From positions 1 through 55,504 of the forward strand of contig JANYEP010000188.1 in NCBI GenBank assembly GCA_025363075.1: DNA of 55,504 nt, given 5' to 3'. Origin of the DNA: Chitinophagaceae bacterium (GTDB lineage: Bacteria > Bacteroidota > Bacteroidia > Chitinophagales > Chitinophagaceae). The notes beneath the pieces are model-generated. The model was given only the letters and a program-made list of their open reading frames with translations, had not been told where the DNA came from and did no database searches. Made by a program: the position numbers and the translations under genes. Below are positions 20,000-29,319 of this stretch, one piece after another. Position 1 is the stretch's first letter. Each line of letters begins with the position of its first letter.

Positions 20000-20851
20000 A
20001 TATTTGGTGAGTGCTGATTTTTTAAGTTCAGATGGGTTTTGAGAAGTACAGTTTTTAAAAAATTTACTGAAGTGTGCCACATCTTCAAAGCCTAAATCAT
20101 CTGCTATTTCTTTAACAGATTTATCTGTGTAGTAGAACAGCTTTTTGGCTTCTGTAACAACTCGTTCTTGTATAATTTGCAGAGGTGTTTTTTTGCTGTA
20201 TAAAGAGAAAATATTAGAAATAGTTTTTGGCGATTTATTCAGCAAGCCTGCATAAAACTGCACTTGTCTTTCTGTTCTAAAATGTATTTCAACCAAAACA
20301 TTGTATTGTCTTAGTAAATTAAATTTTTCTTCTACAATTTCGGTCTTATCTAAGTATTGCTTTTTTGCTAATCGTGTGGTTTGAATAATTAAACGAACCA
20401 ATAACATCCGCAACATTTCTCCTTTAATATCTTCTTCAGTTTCGTATTCTTCTACAAACAATTCTAAAAGCCTTTGCATTTTTTCAATATGTTCTTCATC
20501 AAGCTTTACAAACATTGTTGATGATGGACCAAAGAAAATAAAACCAACACAACCCACTTCTGCATCGTGGTTTAATATGCAATAAAATTCTCTATTAAAC
20601 TGCCAGGCAACAATGTCTTCTGCTCTTTCAAACTTAAACGATTGATTCAGCATTATAGGCAGTATAGTATTGGCAGCAAATTCATATTCTATTTCATCAA
20701 TAATTACTTTTTGTGTATTGCCTTTGTTCCAGGCTATGGTATGAAAAGTAAAATCACTTTTTTGCTCAAAATAATTTTGTTTAAATGTCTCTTCGTGTTG
20801 CAAAAGCAACAGTTTTCCCAATCCATCTTTATGTGTGAAGCTATGTTTCAT
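19997..20851 (-). CDS. AraC family transcriptional regulator
   Basis: C-terminal double HTH: SVKEIADDLGFEDVAHFSKFFK...PSELK. Confidence 0.95.
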   Translation of the reverse strand: MKHSFTHKDGLGKLLLLQHEETFKQNYFEQKSDFTFHTIAWNKGNTQKVIIDEIEYEFAANTILPIMLNQSFKFERAEDIVAWQFNREFYCILNHDAEVGCVGFIFFGPSSTMFVKLDEEHIEKMQRLLELFVEEYETEEDIKGEMLRMLLVRLIIQTTRLAKKQYLDKTEIVEEKFNLLRQYNVLVEIHFRTERQVQFYAGLLNKSPKTISNIFSLYSKKTPLQIIQERVVTEAKKLFYYTDKSVKEIADDLGFEDVAHFSKFFKNCTSQNPSELKKSALTKY

Positions 20852-21023
20852 ATTAGCAGTTGAATCGGTAATTACGAAACAATAATAAAAAACTTACAAA
20901 TACAAAAGCAAAGTCAATTATTATAACCTTGGATTTATTATATAGTTTAACTGTATTTATGAGAATTTATTGAAACAATTGAGGATAAAAATCTACAGTT
21001 TATAATTAAAAATTATTGGCTCT

Positions 21024-22973
21024 TTAATATGTTCTTGCTTGTTTTATAAAAACCTTTCTCGTGTTTTTATAAAACTTAAATTCCACATCCATTGCAAAGT
21101 TTTCGAAACTTACATTCCTTAATCTTCCATATAATATCCAATAATGTTGCTTTATTGCCATTAGATACATTGCTAATTCTTTGATTTCTTTTATTGTTAA
21201 AATTGATTCGTTTTGTTGTAATGAAGAATGACAAATATAATCGACTGCCAGGTCATCGTCATTGCCACTAATCTGGCTCGAAAAGTTGATTAGAAACTGC
21301 TCTGCTCTTATGCTATCATTGGGTTGCACAACACTTGTTTCTCCAAGCTGCACATTAATTGTAAATGCTGGATAATCGTCCCTGTATAAATTTTTTGTAA
21401 CAGCAACACCATTGGCTTCTTCTGTTCCAAATGCCTTGTTAACCAAAATACCCATTGCCAAATTTGTTTGGTCTATGTTGAAATAATACCTTTCTTCAAA
21501 TGCCCTTCTTTCCCAAAGGCTTGCCCACACTGCTTTTATGGCTTTATCAACTGGCTTTTTAGGATTGCTGATATTTCCAGTTTTTGAATCATACAATCCA
21601 GCTCCATTAAAACCTGGAACGTCCTCTGCATTGGTTGATGAACGAAACCTAAAATTGTGTTCTTTGTAATCGCCAATGTTTTCTGCAACCATTTTAATTA
21701 ATTCACCATTTATTTTACCCTCTACTATAGCAGTTCTTATTTTCTCTAAACTTGTTTCTAATCGCTGCTTATCATTTATAATTTCTTTATCATTTAATAA
21801 GGCAGTAATGAGTTGTTCAATATGATTATCCTGAATATGTTTTTTGTAGAAATAAAATGGAATTGCAAATGCTTTTTCTGGTGTTGGAATGTGTTGATTA
21901 TTGTTGAATCTTATTCTTGTCAACTCGCCCATATTTGCAGCCTTGCCACCAACAGTATTGATATCTTTTATGCTTAAATCTTTCGCCCAAATCAACTTAT
22001 CATTTTCAGTGTCACACACAAGTGAAATATATTTTTTGGGGTTTGATTTATTCCAGAATTTGATGGCATCGTGTTCTGTTGCTTCTTTAATAATCAGTGT
22101 ATCATTTTGCACCAAAAAAGAAACTAACTTGTCTTTCAATTTTAAAAAAACTGCATTCTCAAAAGCACTTTTTACCATACAGTTTGGTGTGTTTCTGTTT
22201 TGAGAAAGAATATTGATATGGCAAAGCGGCGTTTGAAAAACTGTGGTAACAGTGGCTGCACACAAAGGCAGGTTGTTTGGTAAACCATTAATAACAATAA
22301 TATCTTTATCAGTAATGTGCTTTTGTATTAAACTATCTTTATCAACAAAACGCAGATAACCATAAGCAAAACCAGTTTTCATTGCCTGAAATTTTTGCCC
22401 TTTATACACTTCGTCAACATCAATAAAAGGCAAGTTAGCATTTGTTTTCCATTGCTGTGTTGTCCAATTATTGTTTAATATTTTAAGGTGATTAGAAAAG
22501 TATGTTGTTGCTTTTATTTTATTAAAAAATTTCTCAACATACTTCACATTAATCTTATCATCAGGAAAAAATTCTACCGTGCAAGTATTGCTTGCTGTAT
22601 ATAAATTAAGATTGCATATACCAAACTTTCTTGATTTAGAATTGCTGTATTCAATGGTGTTAAAATCTTCTAAACTATTGTAGGCTCTTAGATATTCGTT
22701 ACAAAAACTATAGTGATATTTATATTTTTTTGATTCGGCATAGTATATAATATCCTTATCAATATCGTAGATAACCTTTACTGATTTGATGTTTGAAAAA
22801 TTATTTTTTAGTGGCAAGCTTTGAATAGCAGCAAAATCATTTTCACAATTAATTTCAGAAAGATAATCTATTGTTCCACCCTTGTATGCACAAGGCTTTT
22901 GCTGGCAATGAAGATTTGTTGTTATTAAAAATACAAAGAAAAAAGCAGCAGCAAAATGTTTAAGCAAAGTCAT
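21024..22973 (-). CDS. Exported PEP-synthase/PPDK-like dikinase (phospho-His-like segment followed by ATP-grasp nucleotide-binding domain)
   Basis: Signal peptide; TTVFQTPLCHINILSQNRNTP; VGGKAANMGEL, FRSSTNAED, AGLYDS, VWASLW, MDVEF, KQAR. Confidence 0.82.
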   Translation of the reverse strand: MTLLKHFAAAFFFVFLITTNLHCQQKPCAYKGGTIDYLSEINCENDFAAIQSLPLKNNFSNIKSVKVIYDIDKDIIYYAESKKYKYHYSFCNEYLRAYNSLEDFNTIEYSNSKSRKFGICNLNLYTASNTCTVEFFPDDKINVKYVEKFFNKIKATTYFSNHLKILNNNWTTQQWKTNANLPFIDVDEVYKGQKFQAMKTGFAYGYLRFVDKDSLIQKHITDKDIIVINGLPNNLPLCAATVTTVFQTPLCHINILSQNRNTPNCMVKSAFENAVFLKLKDKLVSFLVQNDTLIIKEATEHDAIKFWNKSNPKKYISLVCDTENDKLIWAKDLSIKDINTVGGKAANMGELTRIRFNNNQHIPTPEKAFAIPFYFYKKHIQDNHIEQLITALLNDKEIINDKQRLETSLEKIRTAIVEGKINGELIKMVAENIGDYKEHNFRFRSSTNAEDVPGFNGAGLYDSKTGNISNPKKPVDKAIKAVWASLWERRAFEERYYFNIDQTNLAMGILVNKAFGTEEANGVAVTKNLYRDDYPAFTINVQLGETSVVQPNDSIRAEQFLINFSSQISGNDDDLAVDYICHSSLQQNESILTIKEIKELAMYLMAIKQHYWILYGRLRNVSFENFAMDVEFKFYKNTRKVFIKQARTY

Positions 22974-23221
22974 AATCTATCATTTAAAAATAGAAGATGT
23001 AAATGTGGTGGAATTACATAAAATTATTTTGTTAAATACTTCACTCAGGATAATTACTATGCTTTAATTGTGTAAGATATTGAAATACTTATGCAAGATG
23101 TAGAAATGAAAGCGTTAAAATGTGGGAAGATAATGTGGTGTGAGAAAAATGGCTTTCATTTTACTGGCTAAGCTAATAGAATAAAACTAGCGAGGCTTAT
23201 AGCTTAGTAGAGCAAGAGAAT

Positions 23222-24718
23222 CTATTTTAATGATTCTATCATATCAATAAGCTTAATAAGAACTTCATAATAATGGTGAACCTGTGGAAATTGAGACTTC
23301 TGTAACGACACTCCGTTTTCTCCTCTAAGAGAGGAACTAGGCAAGTTGCTTGTAAGAGTGATTCCATTGGCAGCAGGCTCTAAATGAAGTATTACTTCAG
23401 TATCGTTCAATTGGTAGGTTATTGAAAATTTTTCATTAGAAAATTTATGGATAGTATGTGTTAAGTAGAACAGAATATTCCTGAAATGGGTAAAGTGATT
23501 TTTCATAGGAGCATTAAGTATACTTAGACGTTTTATTGAATTTACCAAGTCATTGTAGTTTCCAAACAAGCTAATTAATATTTTGTATTCTGTAAAAAAG
23601 AAAGAGTACTTTTCAGGAAATGGATTAATTGAGTAACGAATATTTTCATACAAATTAAATTTTTTGTCGCTCACATTACAAATGTTTCTTAAAGTAAGCA
23701 AATCATAATTTACAAGTGTCTGTACGAGTGGCATTAATCCAATTTCTTGCGTAAACCTACCGTATGTGTTTAATTGATTTCTTTCACTTTTTATTTTTAA
23801 ATCAAATAGTTTATCTTTTATAAATGCGTTAATCTTTTCATAATTTGCATAGTAAAATATTTCTCGAGAGTAAAATTTATTTATATAACCATCAAAATCT
23901 GTTTCCTTTCCATATTTGTGATGGAATATAGACCGAATGTTTTTAATGTCACATACAATAATGATTTTGTCAAAAGAAAATTTGTTATAGGTATAGTTAT
24001 TTGTGTACTCAGAAAATTGAGATGAAAATACATTCAAAATTCTAAAAATATGTTCTGGGTCTAGTCGGTCAATATCGTCAATGATTAATACACTTTTTGC
24101 ATCATTATCCTTGGATATCTTATTCAGCTTATCTTCAATTATTTTCGTAACAACATCTTTCTCATAGACAGATTTTGTGCTTCCCAAAATACTATTAAAG
24201 AAATCATCTATTGTTTCATCCTCAGAAGAAAGATTGACCTTGTTTCTGTAGTCTTCTAGTTTGTCAAATTGCTCTTTCAAAACAGATAAGGTAGCTTTGA
24301 GATCTTTGCCTAACTTAGGAATGTATCCAATCAGTTCTTTCAAAACTTCAATTATTGTGTCACGTTTATTTTCTTTAAAATAATTAAACGCTACTTCTGT
24401 TGTATCAAAATCCAGAACTTCCATTTCAACATTTTTATTTAGCAAAAGCTCCATTAAAATATCATACTTGATATATTTTAAAATATCTTGATTAGATGAA
24501 ATTGAATAAGCAATAGGATTAATGAATACTGGATTATATTTAATCTCACCACTCATTAAGTACTTCTCTTGTTTCTTAAAAAACTCGTTTAAAAAGACAG
24601 ACTTCCCTTTTCCAAATTTTCCAGAAAAGATGATTTTATGATTATTTATTATGTCAAGATGTTCTTCAAAGTTTGATGCTTCAAAGTGTATTAACTCAGT
24701 GTCTATTGTCAAACTCAT
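23222..24718 (-). CDS. KAP family P-loop NTPase
   Basis: Walker A GKFGKGKS, Walker B LIIDDIDRLDP, YINKF; start 24718 or 24739. Confidence 0.82.
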   Translation of the reverse strand: MSLTIDTELIHFEASNFEEHLDIINNHKIIFSGKFGKGKSVFLNEFFKKQEKYLMSGEIKYNPVFINPIAYSISSNQDILKYIKYDILMELLLNKNVEMEVLDFDTTEVAFNYFKENKRDTIIEVLKELIGYIPKLGKDLKATLSVLKEQFDKLEDYRNKVNLSSEDETIDDFFNSILGSTKSVYEKDVVTKIIEDKLNKISKDNDAKSVLIIDDIDRLDPEHIFRILNVFSSQFSEYTNNYTYNKFSFDKIIIVCDIKNIRSIFHHKYGKETDFDGYINKFYSREIFYYANYEKINAFIKDKLFDLKIKSERNQLNTYGRFTQEIGLMPLVQTLVNYDLLTLRNICNVSDKKFNLYENIRYSINPFPEKYSFFFTEYKILISLFGNYNDLVNSIKRLSILNAPMKNHFTHFRNILFYLTHTIHKFSNEKFSITYQLNDTEVILHLEPAANGITLTSNLPSSSLRGENGVSLQKSQFPQVHHYYEVLIKLIDMIESLK

Positions 24719-24747
24719 TTTTAATAGATTTTGGTTCATTCAAACAA

Positions 24748-24778
24748 ACATCCCGAAAGTTCTAAACTTTCGGGATGT
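24748..24778 (-). terminator. Hairpin/terminator after cphA
   Basis: ACATCCCGAAAGT-tctaa-ACTTTCGGGATGT, 13-bp perfect stem. Confidence 0.7.
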
Positions 24779-24829
24779 AATAATTACAATCTTTTAAACA
24801 CCTCTAAAAAAGGGGAATTAAGAAAACAA

Positions 24830-27448
24830 CTAACTCGCATCCTCCCTTTCCTTCAACTCCTTTATTTTATCTAAAGCACCAGCAACTACATCGCACATTA
24901 TGGTGTATAGAGCACCTTGTATTTGATTTTGGTAAATATATTCGAGTGCTAAGTTTTCGTTGGCAATTACTGTTTGTGGAATATTAGGGTTTACGCTATT
25001 GATTCCTTCTTGCAATAAACTAATAATTTCTTCGGCTGTTCTGCCACGCAAATTTTTATCGCAGCGAATAATTATTTCATCAAAATGTTGTGCAGATATT
25101 GCACCCAATTCTCTAATATCTTCATCGCGTCTATCTCCTGTGCCACTAATTACACCAACACGGTATTTATAGTCAAGCTTGCTGATGAAATCGCACAGAA
25201 GCCTTAATCCGTGTGGGTTGTGGGCAAAGTCGGCAAGGAAGGTGAAGTTTTTAAAATGGAAGAAATTTAAGCGACCTGGCGTTGTGCTGCTACTTGCAAC
25301 AAATGTTTGCAAACCAGTTTTTATATCATCAATTGTAATGGTTTTAAACAAATAAGAAGCCATTACGCTTGGCAAACAATTTGCCACGTTATGCAATGCT
25401 TTTCCTTCAAATGTTAAAGGAATTTCTTTCACATTCATTACACGAATTTTCCAAGTGCCTTTTAAAATAGTTACAAATCCATTTTCAAAAACAGTTGCCA
25501 AACCACCTTTACTGCAATGTGCTTTTATTCGTGGATTGTTTTCATCCATACTAAACAAAGCAATGTTACATTTCAATCTATCTTTAATATTATATACCAA
25601 ATCATCATCAGCATTTAATACTGTATAGCCTTGTGGAGTAACAGTTTCAGCCACTACAGCTTTCACATCTGCCATTTGTTCAATGGTATTGATGCCACCA
25701 AGTCCCATATGGTCAGCAGCAACATTTGTAATGATAGCAACATCGCATTGTTGAAATGCTAAACCATTTTTTAAGATACCACCTCTTGCACATTCCAACA
25801 CAGCAAAATCAACTGTTGGGTCTTTTAAAACAAACGTACTACTCACAGGTCCTGTGCAATCACCTTTCATCATTAGCTGGTTTTGTATATACACACCATC
25901 ACTTGTTGTGTAGCCAACTTTTTTGCCTGCACTTTTGCAAATATGGGCTGTAAGCCTTGTGGTGGTTGTTTTTCCATTAGTTCCTGTAACAGCAATAATT
26001 GGAATTCTACCGTTGCCTCTGTCGGGAAACAACATATCAATTACTGGTTCTGCTGCATTTCTGCCAATGCCTTCACTTGGATCAATGTGCATTCTGAAAC
26101 CAGGTGCAGCATTCACTTCTAAGATAGCACCACCATTTTCGCTTACTGGTGTTCTTAGGTCTTTCGCCATAATATCAATACCACAAATATCTAAGCCAAT
26201 AATTTTTGCAATACGCTCACACATAAAAATATTTGCAGGATGTACTTCATCTGTAACATCTGTAGAAGTGCCACCAGTGCTAAGGTTTGCAGTGGTTTTA
26301 AGCAAAACCAATTCACCTTTTTGGGGTACAGTTTCCAAGGTGTAACCAATATCATCCAGCATTTTCATTGTGCTGCCATCTACATTAATTTGTGTTAAAA
26401 CTTTTTCGTGTCCATAACCTCTGCGTGGGTCTTTGTTTGTTTCATCAATTAAATATTGAATGGTATTTACACCATCGCCAGTAACAGCAGCTGGCGTGCG
26501 ATAAGCTGCACAAATAAATTTAGAGTTAATGACTAAAACCCTAAAGTCGAAACCTGTAATAAAACGTTCAACAATTACATTTCTGCCATACACTTTTGCA
26601 GCTTCAAATGCAGTGAGGGCTTGCTCCCAGGTAGTGATGTTTGTAGTATTTCCTTTTCCGTGATTGCCATCAATTGGTTTAATAACCAAAGGATAACCAT
26701 ATTTATCAACGGCTTCTTGCAAAGCCTCTTCTGTGCGAACAACAGTACCACGTGGCACAGGAATTTCAGCAGCACCCAACAAGTTTTTTGTTTCTTCTTT
26801 ATTGCACGCAATATCAACTGCAATGTTGCTTGTTGTTGAGGCAATGGTTGCACGAATTCTTTTTTGATGCACACCATAACCCAGCTGCACAAGGCTTTGT
26901 TTATTTAAACGAATAAAAGGAATGCCACGTTTTGCAGCTTCCTCTACAATGCAGCCAGTGCTTGGTCCAAGACGAGTGTCTTCGCGTATTTCACGAAGTT
27001 CCTGAATGTCTGCAGGCAAATCATAACCAACTCCATCAACTAAAGCCTGTGCAATTTTTACAGCAGATTTTGCAGCAAAAACACCAGCATCTTCCTCTAT
27101 ATAACTAAACACCACATTATACTCTCCATCTTTACCAGTGCCACGTGTTCTGCCAAAGCCAGTTTCCATACCAGCAAGGGTTTGCAGCTCCAAAGCAATA
27201 TGTTCAATAACATGCCCCATCCAAGTACCTTCTTTAACACGCATAAAAAAACCACCAGCAACAGCCTCACTACAACGATGGCTATACATACTTGGAAACA
27301 TCGCTTCCAATCTTGTAGGAAAACCGTCTATTTCATTGGTTGGTTTTTGTTCTAACTCTTCTAATTGCAAACGCATTTGAATAAGTTTAGGACGACGAAC
27401 ACTCCAGTAATTTGGGCCACGTAAAATTTTAATTTCTTCTATTTTCAT
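24830..27448 (-). CDS. cphA: Cyanophycin synthetase
   Basis: LRGPNYWS, GHVIEHIALELQ, LGPST, KPIDGNHGKG, EVNAAPGFRMH, VTGTNGKTTT, DFAHNP; 872 aa. Confidence 0.97.
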   Translation of the reverse strand: MKIEEIKILRGPNYWSVRRPKLIQMRLQLEELEQKPTNEIDGFPTRLEAMFPSMYSHRCSEAVAGGFFMRVKEGTWMGHVIEHIALELQTLAGMETGFGRTRGTGKDGEYNVVFSYIEEDAGVFAAKSAVKIAQALVDGVGYDLPADIQELREIREDTRLGPSTGCIVEEAAKRGIPFIRLNKQSLVQLGYGVHQKRIRATIASTTSNIAVDIACNKEETKNLLGAAEIPVPRGTVVRTEEALQEAVDKYGYPLVIKPIDGNHGKGNTTNITTWEQALTAFEAAKVYGRNVIVERFITGFDFRVLVINSKFICAAYRTPAAVTGDGVNTIQYLIDETNKDPRRGYGHEKVLTQINVDGSTMKMLDDIGYTLETVPQKGELVLLKTTANLSTGGTSTDVTDEVHPANIFMCERIAKIIGLDICGIDIMAKDLRTPVSENGGAILEVNAAPGFRMHIDPSEGIGRNAAEPVIDMLFPDRGNGRIPIIAVTGTNGKTTTTRLTAHICKSAGKKVGYTTSDGVYIQNQLMMKGDCTGPVSSTFVLKDPTVDFAVLECARGGILKNGLAFQQCDVAIITNVAADHMGLGGINTIEQMADVKAVVAETVTPQGYTVLNADDDLVYNIKDRLKCNIALFSMDENNPRIKAHCSKGGLATVFENGFVTILKGTWKIRVMNVKEIPLTFEGKALHNVANCLPSVMASYLFKTITIDDIKTGLQTFVASSSTTPGRLNFFHFKNFTFLADFAHNPHGLRLLCDFISKLDYKYRVGVISGTGDRRDEDIRELGAISAQHFDEIIIRCDKNLRGRTAEEIISLLQEGINSVNPNIPQTVIANENLALEYIYQNQIQGALYTIMCDVVAGALDKIKELKEREDAS

Positions 27449-27460
27449 AAATAAATATTT

Positions 27461-28174
27461 TTAATTTTTGATTTCGTACTCTGAAATAATTGTACGCTTG
27501 AACTCTAAAACTTCGGGTGCAATTTTAAATCCATTACCACCATATCCTTTTGCAAACGTTCTAATTTTTGCATCACCATAATATCCACCATTTTCATTAT
27601 TGGTGTAGCTATTACTTTCTGTGTTGGTTAGGTATAGCAGCTTTCCTAAAGTTGCGTTTGATCTTGTACAAAGTTTATTTGCAGATTTTAGTGCATCATC
27701 ATAAGCTAATAAATCTGCTTCACGCAAAATACTATCGGCTTGCGAATGTCCAAATTGAAAGTTTGAAATGCTGCTAATTTTAGTTTCCAAAAGCTTAGCA
27801 GTAAGTTCAGTAAATTTATCAATGTTATGTAACACAAAATCTATTGACTGGGTTGCCTGATAGCCTATAAATACGTTTCTGTTTCCATTATATTCTGTAG
27901 CCTTATCGGCAGAAATACAACTTGTTTTTATGTCATTTTCATTGCTTGAGAATAAATGCAGCAAGTTAACAACAGAGTCCACAGTTTCTTGTGTTTTCTT
28001 TACTGCGTCCACCATTCTTGACTGTGTGTTAGAGACAGTAATTGTTAAAATAACCAAGTTGGGTTTAATTCTAATTTTTCCTTCGCCAGAAACACGAATT
28101 ACCTTTTGCTTAATGCTGGATGATGAACAAGCTAATAAGGAGCTGCATACTAAAAAAATAAATACTTTTTTCAT
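27461..28174 (-). CDS. SIMPL (DUF541) domain lipoprotein
   Basis: Lipobox LLAC; IRVSGEGKIRIKPN, DIKTS, GYQATQ. Confidence 0.85.
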   Translation of the reverse strand: MKKVFIFLVCSSLLACSSSSIKQKVIRVSGEGKIRIKPNLVILTITVSNTQSRMVDAVKKTQETVDSVVNLLHLFSSNENDIKTSCISADKATEYNGNRNVFIGYQATQSIDFVLHNIDKFTELTAKLLETKISSISNFQFGHSQADSILREADLLAYDDALKSANKLCTRSNATLGKLLYLTNTESNSYTNNENGGYYGDAKIRTFAKGYGGNGFKIAPEVLEFKRTIISEYEIKN

Positions 28175-28328
28175 AATGTTAATTTTAATTTTCTGTTGCC
28201 ACAAAGACTCAAAGATGTAAAGTAGTAATCAATCTTCTTTGGCAATGAAAATAGGGAAATTTATGGAGTAACAAAATTTATCACTAACAATTTCATAAAC
28301 ACAATAAATGCTCCATTGTATTGTGCTA

Positions 28329-28336
28329 TATCTTCG
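28329..28336 (+). promoter_or_regulatory. -7 promoter element of rsgA
   Basis: TATCTTCG 5 nt before the likely TTG start. Confidence 0.5.
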
Positions 28337-28341
28337 TTCCA

Positions 28342-29268
28342 TTGAAAGCACTTATTTACAAATCAACTGGCAGTTGGTACATTGTTGAAACTGAAACTGG
28401 CAAAAGAATGAATGCCCGTATTAAAGGCGTTTTGAAGATGGATAAAATTACCAGCACAAACCCCATTGCAGTTGGCGATACAGTTGAACTTGAAATAGAG
28501 GATGAGCTTGAGAATACAGCTATCATTAGCAAAATTTATGATAGAAATAATTATGTAGCTCGTGTATCTCCACACAACAAACATCAGCACCACATTGTAG
28601 CCAGTAATCTCGACCAAAGCTTATTATTTGCCACGCTTAAAAACCCTAAAACATCGCAGGGATTTATAGACAGGTTTTTGGTTGCTTGCGAAATGCACCA
28701 CGTTCCTGCAATTATTGCTTTTAACAAAGCAGATATTTATGAAGAGAAAGAACTTGAGCGATTCATAGACCTTAAAAAAATGTATAACGATATTGGTTAT
28801 ACTGTTTTACTGGTGAGTATGGAAACAGAAGATGGAATTGATATTTTAAAAACTGTTTTAAAAGACAAAACAACATTGCTTAGTGGACATAGTGGAACAG
28901 GCAAATCAACATTTATCAACAAGCTTTTTCCCGAGCTTGATTTAAGAACAACTGAAGTGAGTGATTGGAGTGGAAAGGGAATGCACACAACAACATTTGC
29001 CGAAATGTTTGACCTTCCTTTTGGTGGAAAAATTATTGATACACCAGGTATCAGAGAGTTGGGTTTGGTAGATGTTACCAAGCAGGAGTTAAGTGGGTAT
29101 TTCCCTGAAATGAAACGACATTTAAACAACTGCAAATTCAATAATTGTTTGCACATTAATGAGCTTACTTGTGGCATTAAACAAGCCATTGGAAACAATG
29201 AAATAAGTTTTGACAGATACCAGAGTTATTATAATATTTTAGAAAGTCTTAATGAGATAATTCGATGA
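28342..29268 (+). CDS. rsgA: Ribosome small subunit-dependent GTPase A
   Basis: KSTGSWY, FNKAD, GHSGTGKS, GMHTTT, DTPG, CKFNNCLH..E..C; likely TTG start at 28342. Confidence 0.95.
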   Translation: MKALIYKSTGSWYIVETETGKRMNARIKGVLKMDKITSTNPIAVGDTVELEIEDELENTAIISKIYDRNNYVARVSPHNKHQHHIVASNLDQSLLFATLKNPKTSQGFIDRFLVACEMHHVPAIIAFNKADIYEEKELERFIDLKKMYNDIGYTVLLVSMETEDGIDILKTVLKDKTTLLSGHSGTGKSTFINKLFPELDLRTTEVSDWSGKGMHTTTFAEMFDLPFGGKIIDTPGIRELGLVDVTKQELSGYFPEMKRHLNNCKFNNCLHINELTCGIKQAIGNNEISFDRYQSYYNILESLNEIIR

Positions 29269-29319
29269 TGTGATAATATGACAATGATTTTTATTTACCT
29301 ACTTAATGACGATAAAAAA

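Noticed and set aside
1..27448. Four ATP-grasp-fold enzymes within 27 kb as one pathway
   Set aside because: They belong to different subfamilies in separate transcription units split by housekeeping genes; probably coincidence
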